Source: an uncultured virus (IMG/VR IMGVR_UViG_3300035520_000941) | Lineage: Duplodnaviria; Heunggongvirae; Uroviricota; Caudoviricetes | Strand: one strand, 5' to 3' | DNA: 20,000 nt | IMG/VR virus record: IMGVR_UViG_3300035520_000941 | Shown here: piece by piece, positions 14,837-20,000 of the stretch | Layout: every line of letters starts with the position of its first letter | Position numbering within the stretch: position 1 is the first letter of the stretch | The notes under the pieces: generated by a model | What the model saw: only the letters and a program-made list of their open reading frames with translations | Databases searched by the model: none | What the model was told of the DNA's origin: nothing | Position numbers and translations under genes: made by a program

Positions 14837-16843
14837 ATGGAAGAAGAAAAAATACTTGTAATTGACAAAATAAGAATTGAAAATTTTATGTCAATTGCAA
14901 AAAAAGAAATTGAGTTTAGCAAGAACTTTAATGAATTTGTAGGATTTAATGGAGTTGGTAAAACAACTGTATTAAGTGCGATTAACTGGTGCTTATTTGG
15001 TAAAGATTATTATGATAAAAGCCAGTTTGATATTTTCCCAATCATTGAGGGAAAAGTAAGGAAAGAATTAAAACCACATATTGAAGTTGATGTTATTTTT
15101 GGTAGTGAAAAATATACTATTACACGTTCAATTGTTGGAGATAAGGATTTAACGCAACTTGAAGTCAATGGATTAAAAGTTAAGAAAAATAGCGAATACC
15201 CTACTTTCTTAAAGGAGAAATTAAACATCAATGATGAAGAATTTAAAATGTTATCCAATATCAATTACGCAATCAATCTACCACAAAATGATTTAAGAAA
15301 TTTGATTGTAAATTTGATTGGTGATATTAGCGATGTAGAAATGTTTACACATGAAGAAATTGAAAACAAATATAGTTCAATTAAAAATAAAGTAATTGAA
15401 GTGGGAACAGAGGAATTAAAGCAAAATATCACTACAAGCAAAAAAAATAGGAATACTGAATTGCTAAAAACGATTGGGGCGATTGAGCAAGAGGAGTCAA
15501 ATATCCAAAAATTTAATTTTGATGATAAGTACATTGAAAACATCAAAAAAAGACGTGATGAATTGTTTGAAATTAATGACAACTATTCTAAAAAAGTTGA
15601 TATCGAAAACAAAAAAAGAAGTGATATCAATAATTTAAAATTAGAAATATCAAAGAAAGAAAATGAATGTCAAAGATTAAAAAATGAATTTGATGCGAAA
15701 AATAGAGATGGAGTAGCAATCAAAGAAAAAATCAATAGAATAACAAATATTGATAACATGAGAAACAATGACATTCATAAAATTGAACTTGAAATTCAAA
15801 ACATAGATTTTGAAATTGAAAGTACCGATAATCATATTAACAATCTAAAAACTCAAAAGCAAAATATTGTTAATGAGTTTAATTCTTTAAAAGGATTAGA
15901 AATTGTTGTTGAAAATACTGTCTGTGAAAGTTGTGGGCAAGAATTACCAAAAGAAAAAATCAATGAAATTCTTGAATTTAAGAAAAAATCACATGACAAT
16001 AAACTTCAATCATTAAAAGATGAAAACGACAAATACAAAGAAATGATTGAAAACGAAGAAAAGCATATTGTTTATATAAAAAGTGAAAAAGAAAGAAAAA
16101 TGGCAAAAATAAAAGAACTTGAAACAAAAGATTACTCACAAGAAATTATGAGCAATCAAGAAGTCAATAGTTTGAATATTGAAATACAAAACAAAAGAAA
16201 TGAATGTATTGAAATTAAAGGCAAGATACAAGAAATTTCAAAAAGCATTGTATTATTAAAACAACAATTAGAAAGATTGCCACTACCTTTAGATGTTCCG
16301 TCAATAAACAATATTAAGTTAGAATTAGAAAATATCAATAAGAATCTAGCAAATTATGAAGTATTGAATGAGCATAAAGGCAATCTTGAAAAATTGAAAG
16401 AAAAGAAAGAAAAACTAGATAAAGATATAATCTTATTAAATCACATGGAAATGCTTTTAAAGGATTATAAAACAACTAAAAGTGAAATGATGACAAAGAA
16501 ATTAGAAAGCAAATTTAAACTTATTTCATTCAAAACAAAAGAAATTAATAAGAGTGGGAATATTATAGATTGCTTTAAAGTTACAATGAATGGAAAAGAC
16601 TTTGTTTCGTTATCTGGTGGCGAAAAAATGAGAGCAAGTATTGATATGGTATGTGGTATTCAAGAGTTAAAGCAAAAGAAAATACCATTATTAATAGATT
16701 GTATGGGTGAATTAGATGAGTTCCCAGAATTTGTAAATACGCAAGTTATCTCATGTAGAGCAATGCAAAAAATCAAAGAAACACACCCTAAATACAACGA
16801 ATATATGACAACTTATAATAAGTTGCAAATGATAAAAAGATAA
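14837..16843 (+). CDS. Rad50/SbcC-like coiled-coil ABC ATPase (phage recombination ATPase)
   Basis: N-terminal IENF, Walker A GFNGVGKTT, long coiled coil with zinc hook CESCGQ, signature LSGGEK, Walker B LLID. Confidence 0.9.
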   Translation: MEEEKILVIDKIRIENFMSIAKKEIEFSKNFNEFVGFNGVGKTTVLSAINWCLFGKDYYDKSQFDIFPIIEGKVRKELKPHIEVDVIFGSEKYTITRSIVGDKDLTQLEVNGLKVKKNSEYPTFLKEKLNINDEEFKMLSNINYAINLPQNDLRNLIVNLIGDISDVEMFTHEEIENKYSSIKNKVIEVGTEELKQNITTSKKNRNTELLKTIGAIEQEESNIQKFNFDDKYIENIKKRRDELFEINDNYSKKVDIENKKRSDINNLKLEISKKENECQRLKNEFDAKNRDGVAIKEKINRITNIDNMRNNDIHKIELEIQNIDFEIESTDNHINNLKTQKQNIVNEFNSLKGLEIVVENTVCESCGQELPKEKINEILEFKKKSHDNKLQSLKDENDKYKEMIENEEKHIVYIKSEKERKMAKIKELETKDYSQEIMSNQEVNSLNIEIQNKRNECIEIKGKIQEISKSIVLLKQQLERLPLPLDVPSINNIKLELENINKNLANYEVLNEHKGNLEKLKEKKEKLDKDIILLNHMEMLLKDYKTTKSEMMTKKLESKFKLISFKTKEINKSGNIIDCFKVTMNGKDFVSLSGGEKMRASIDMVCGIQELKQKKIPLLIDCMGELDEFPEFVNTQVISCRAMQKIKETHPKYNEYMTTYNKLQMIKR

Positions 16844-16866
16844 AAAGATAAAAAGGAGATATATAA

Positions 16867-17817
16867 ATGGCTGAAATTAAAAAGAATGAAGTTGTATACA
16901 CACAAGAAGAATTATCTAAGCATAGCCTTGTTTTACCTAAAAATATAGGCGACCAAGTGTACAATACCTTAAGTTTACAACAACAAAATAACAGATTGTC
17001 ATTTCCTAAAAATTATGATTTAGGGAACGCTTTAACAAGTGCTTATTTAATTATTGCACAAGATAACAAATTAAAATGTTGCGATAATCAAAGTATTGTA
17101 CAATCTATGATTGATATGGCAACAATGGGATTGAACCCAAGCAAAAAACAATGTTATTTTATTCCAATGGGAAATAAATGTACATTAATGACTAGTTATT
17201 TCGGAAAACAAACAGCATTAAAAAGAATTAAAGGTATCAAAGATATTAGAAGTGATGTTATCTATGAGGGTACAGAATATGAATTGTTTGTTGATGAATA
17301 TGGCAATGATGATATTAAAATAATTAAGCCTTGTCCTTTGAAAGATAGAAAACAAGATAAAATTGAGGGTGCTTGGGCAAGAATTATCATGGATAAAGAT
17401 GTATGGGGAGTTGATAGTTATGTTTCAATTATGACAATTGAAGATATCAAAAACGCTCATAAATTAGGCAGTGCAAGAGGTGGCTCAAAGGCTCATCAAG
17501 ACTTCTTGAATGAAATGGCTAAAAAGAGTGCTATCAATAGATGTGTGAAAAACTTTATTAACACAAAAGCAGATGAAGATTTAATTATTGAAAGTTTCAA
17601 TAATGTTGTGAACAACGAATATAAAGAAGAAAAACAACAAGAAGAATATTATGTACAAAAAGATGTAAATACTAATGATATTTTCAATCAAGAAGTAGTT
17701 GAAGAAGAAAAAGAAAGCAAAGTAAAAGAAGAAACTCAAAATATCAAACAAGATGATAATGTTATTGATGTTGAAATAGAAAAAGAAACATTATTTGATG
17801 ATGACATTCAATTTTAA
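16867..17817 (+). CDS. recT: RecT-family single-strand annealing recombinase
   Basis: MATMGLNPSKKQCYFIPMG, SYFG and EMAKKSAINR motifs; acidic tail; follows the Rad50-like ATPase. Confidence 0.9.
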   Translation: MAEIKKNEVVYTQEELSKHSLVLPKNIGDQVYNTLSLQQQNNRLSFPKNYDLGNALTSAYLIIAQDNKLKCCDNQSIVQSMIDMATMGLNPSKKQCYFIPMGNKCTLMTSYFGKQTALKRIKGIKDIRSDVIYEGTEYELFVDEYGNDDIKIIKPCPLKDRKQDKIEGAWARIIMDKDVWGVDSYVSIMTIEDIKNAHKLGSARGGSKAHQDFLNEMAKKSAINRCVKNFINTKADEDLIIESFNNVVNNEYKEEKQQEEYYVQKDVNTNDIFNQEVVEEEKESKVKEETQNIKQDDNVIDVEIEKETLFDDDIQF

Positions 17818-17836
17818 ATAATGATGAGGTTAAAAA

Positions 17837-18445
17837 ATGGAAACAAATACATTTGATTATGAAAAAAACAAAAAAAGATATATTGATATATGTAAAAGTA
17901 ATATTCATAGAGATGGAATTGAAAAACTTTTGGATTGGCTAGATAGGAGCGATTTTTATAACGCTCCTGCTAGTTCCAGATATCATTTAGCATGTAAAGG
18001 TGGATTATGTCAACACTCTTTAAACGTTTATAAACGCTTATTTAAGGAGTTTTGTAATGAATGTGATATAAATAACATAGATGATGAAAAAGTGCTTGAA
18101 ACAGTGACTATTGTGTCTTTATTCCACGATTTATGCAAAGTAAACTTTTATAAAGAAGATGTTAGAAATGTAAAAGAAAATGGAGTATGGGTGCAAAAAC
18201 CATATTATACAATTGATGAAAAAATCTCGTTAGGTCATGGAGAAAAAAGCGTTATTATATTGCAACAATTCATGAAATTGACAATGGAAGAAATAGTATC
18301 AATTAATAGTCATATGGGATTTAGTGATAATCGTGTTAAGGGTGGCGATTATTCAATTATCAATGTGTGGGATAAATATAAACTTGCATTATTATTACAC
18401 GTTGCAGATTTAAAAGCAACTAAAATAGATGAAGTTAATATGTAA
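17837..18445 (+). CDS. HD-domain phosphohydrolase
   Basis: APASSRYH...GGLCQHSLNV, LFHDLCK, GHGEKS, HMG and LHVAD. Confidence 0.9.
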   Translation: METNTFDYEKNKKRYIDICKSNIHRDGIEKLLDWLDRSDFYNAPASSRYHLACKGGLCQHSLNVYKRLFKEFCNECDINNIDDEKVLETVTIVSLFHDLCKVNFYKEDVRNVKENGVWVQKPYYTIDEKISLGHGEKSVIILQQFMKLTMEEIVSINSHMGFSDNRVKGGDYSIINVWDKYKLALLLHVADLKATKIDEVNM

Positions 18446-18459
18446 TAGGTAAAATAAAT

Positions 18460-18789
18460 ATGATTAAAAAATATATTAGCAAAAATGAAGATGGTATAGA
18501 AGTTTGTAAAAGATATGAAATTTTTTGTGATACTTGCAAAATGCGTTTGAAAGCAGATGGAGATAAGGTTATCAAGTTTAAGAAATATCCAGTTAAATAT
18601 TTCAATGTAAAAATTGAATATGCAAATGGAAAAACAGATAATCTAGTGTTATGTCATACATGCTTTAACAACTTTATTGATGATTTTATACATGAATGTA
18701 AAAAAGGCGATAAGTTGAATATTGTTTATAGTGATAATGCTCAACTTTATCTATGTGGAAATATAGAATATGATTATACAACAGATTAG
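18460..18789 (+). CDS. Hypothetical Zn-ribbon-like protein (109 aa)
   Basis: CDTC...CHTC cysteine pairs; RBS AGGT. Confidence 0.72.
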   Translation: MIKKYISKNEDGIEVCKRYEIFCDTCKMRLKADGDKVIKFKKYPVKYFNVKIEYANGKTDNLVLCHTCFNNFIDDFIHECKKGDKLNIVYSDNAQLYLCGNIEYDYTTD

Positions 18790-19276
18790 AGCATTTCATA
18801 ATCACACAAAATATCGTATATCTTGCACTAATAAAAAAGATTTAGGCACACCAAAAGTTACAGTAAAAATAACAAAAGATGGTAAAATACTTAAAATATT
18901 TAAAAATGGCAAAAAATGTTATATACCAATTCAAGATATGATAACTTATTATACAATAGTAGATAAAATACCATATTTTAATTGTGGTTACAATAAAACT
19001 ATAAATGAATATACTATAAAACATAAAATTGCGATAAGATTGAATGAAACTAGCATTAGATTATTATACAAAGAATTAGGGTATGCAACAAATATAAATC
19101 TTTGCTTTTATCCAGATATCAAAAACACAAATATTATTAAAATCGAACCACATATTATTGGAATTGAACAGAATATAGATTTGCTAAATGCAATTATTAA
19201 TAACACAAATGGATATGAAAAAGCATTTTGTTATATAGGTATTAAAGATGATTTTGTTTACTTCATTCAATATTAA
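18770..19276 (+). CDS. Hypothetical protein (168 aa)
   Basis: ORF track; long stop-free frame in AT-rich DNA, co-directional with neighbours. Confidence 0.68.
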   Translation: MIIQQIRAFHNHTKYRISCTNKKDLGTPKVTVKITKDGKILKIFKNGKKCYIPIQDMITYYTIVDKIPYFNCGYNKTINEYTIKHKIAIRLNETSIRLLYKELGYATNINLCFYPDIKNTNIIKIEPHIIGIEQNIDLLNAIINNTNGYEKAFCYIGIKDDFVYFIQY

Positions 19277-19302
19277 TAAAAAAAGAAATTAGGTGAAATT
19301 AT

Positions 19303-19536
19303 ATGGATATATTAAAAAAGGACGTTGTTAAATGGGACAGTGACAAACAAGAATATGAAGATTATACACTTCCAGAGGGTTCATCTTTATATGAAACAGA
19401 TATGAATAAAATAGTGTCTTGTGCTTGTTGTGGAAAGAAATTAAAATTTGGAAATTGTTATACTTCACGTACAATTTATAATACATATGGATTGGGATAT
19501 GCTATATGTAAAAATTGTCATAGAAAAGAGGTATAA
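19303..19536 (+). CDS. Small Zn-finger-like phage protein (77 aa)
   Basis: CACCGK...CKNC; RBS AGGTG. Confidence 0.8.
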   Translation: MDILKKDVVKWDSDKQEYEDYTLPEGSSLYETDMNKIVSCACCGKKLKFGNCYTSRTIYNTYGLGYAICKNCHRKEV

Positions 19537-19538
19537 TA

Positions 19539-20000
19539 ATGAAACACATTGTTAGTTTAAGTGGTGGAATAGGTAGTTATTTCACTCTAAAAAGAGTATT
19601 AGAAAAGCAACCCAAAGAAGATGTAATAGCCGTATTTTGTGATACACTTGCTGAGGACGGCGATTTATATAGATTTTTAAACGATATAGAAAATAAATTA
19701 GATATTAAAATATTAAAATTGTGTTATGGTAAATCACCTATAGAGTTAGCATATGAACAAAACTTTGTATATAATTCAAGAGTCGCAAATTGTTCAAAAA
19801 TATTAAAATCAAGATTATTTAAAAAATGGCTAAAAGAAAATTTCAAACAAAATGAATGTATATTGTATTTAGATATAGATTTTACAGAAAGTCATAGATG
19901 TAATGCAATAATTAAGAATTATAAACCATATAAAGTTGAATTTCCTATGTTAGAAAAACCATATATATATAAAAGTGAAATGATAGATATGTTATCAAAT
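19539..20000 (+). CDS. PAPS-reductase / adenine nucleotide alpha-hydrolase (PP-loop) family phage protein, 3' end beyond the window
   Basis: Not in the ORF track (no stop in window). Manual translation MKHIVSLSGGIGS...FCDTLAEDGDLYRFL...NSRVANCSKILK...IDFTESHR...FPM; PP-loop SGGxxS; RBS GAGGT. Confidence 0.8.
   Translation, partial: MKHIVSLSGGIGSYFTLKRVLEKQPKEDVIAVFCDTLAEDGDLYRFLNDIENKLDIKILKLCYGKSPIELAYEQNFVYNSRVANCSKILKSRLFKKWLKENFKQNECILYLDIDFTESHRCNAIIKNYKPYKVEFPMLEKPYIYKSEMIDMLSN

Larger units (their letters stand above)
1..20000 (+). mobile_element. Phage or prophage early/replication-recombination-DNA modification region (extends beyond both window ends)
   Basis: Unidirectional, tightly packed or overlapping small ORFs. 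Initiator-loader-DnaB block, RecT + Rad50-like ATPase, orphan methyltransferases and an HNH/NUMOD protein. No housekeeping gene context. Confidence 0.93.

Noticed and set aside
1360..19024. All minus-strand ORFs in the track (e.g. 1360-1629, 3367-3654, 15010-15582, 18842-19024)
   Set aside because: They lie antisense to well-supported plus-strand genes, are F/L/I/S-rich mirror translations of A-rich codons and show no recognisable motifs.
19961..19970. (AT)5 as a third phase-variation switch
   Set aside because: Short, in frame and plausible by chance in DNA this AT-rich.
1..20000. CRISPR array, tRNA/rRNA genes, IS elements or stop-codon reassignment
   Set aside because: No regularly spaced repeats, cloverleaf or transposase motifs were seen. 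Long genes are intact under the standard code and end in TAA, TAG or TGA.

Overview
Very AT-rich, gene-dense window with essentially all real genes on the + strand. It looks like the early/replication region of a tailed phage or prophage of a low-GC Firmicute; the host assignment is inference from sigma-A promoters, strong Shine-Dalgarno sites and gene families. Recognisable genes: a phage-encoded beta sliding clamp (DnaN-like), a degenerate HNH/NUMOD1 protein, a replication initiator + G39P-like loader + DnaB-like helicase block, a HAD-fold protein, an N4/N6 (beta-class) DNA methyltransferase, an SNF2-like helicase, a C5 cytosine methyltransferase, a Rad50/SbcC-like ATPase, RecT, an HD hydrolase, a partial PAPS-reductase-family gene and many small, partly paralogous hypotheticals. 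Most striking: two genes of the DNA-modification cluster are each split by a frameshift at a simple sequence repeat, (AT)9 in the C5 methyltransferase and G7 in the methyltransferase-coupled helicase. This suggests slipped-strand phase variation of phage DNA modification. By eye the window also has no GATC or AGCT site, a clamp-binding motif on the N4/N6 methyltransferase, a terminator/antiterminator leader ahead of the replication genes, and a near-identical 188-bp gene-start duplication about 10 kb apart. All calls come from motif reading, with no database searches.
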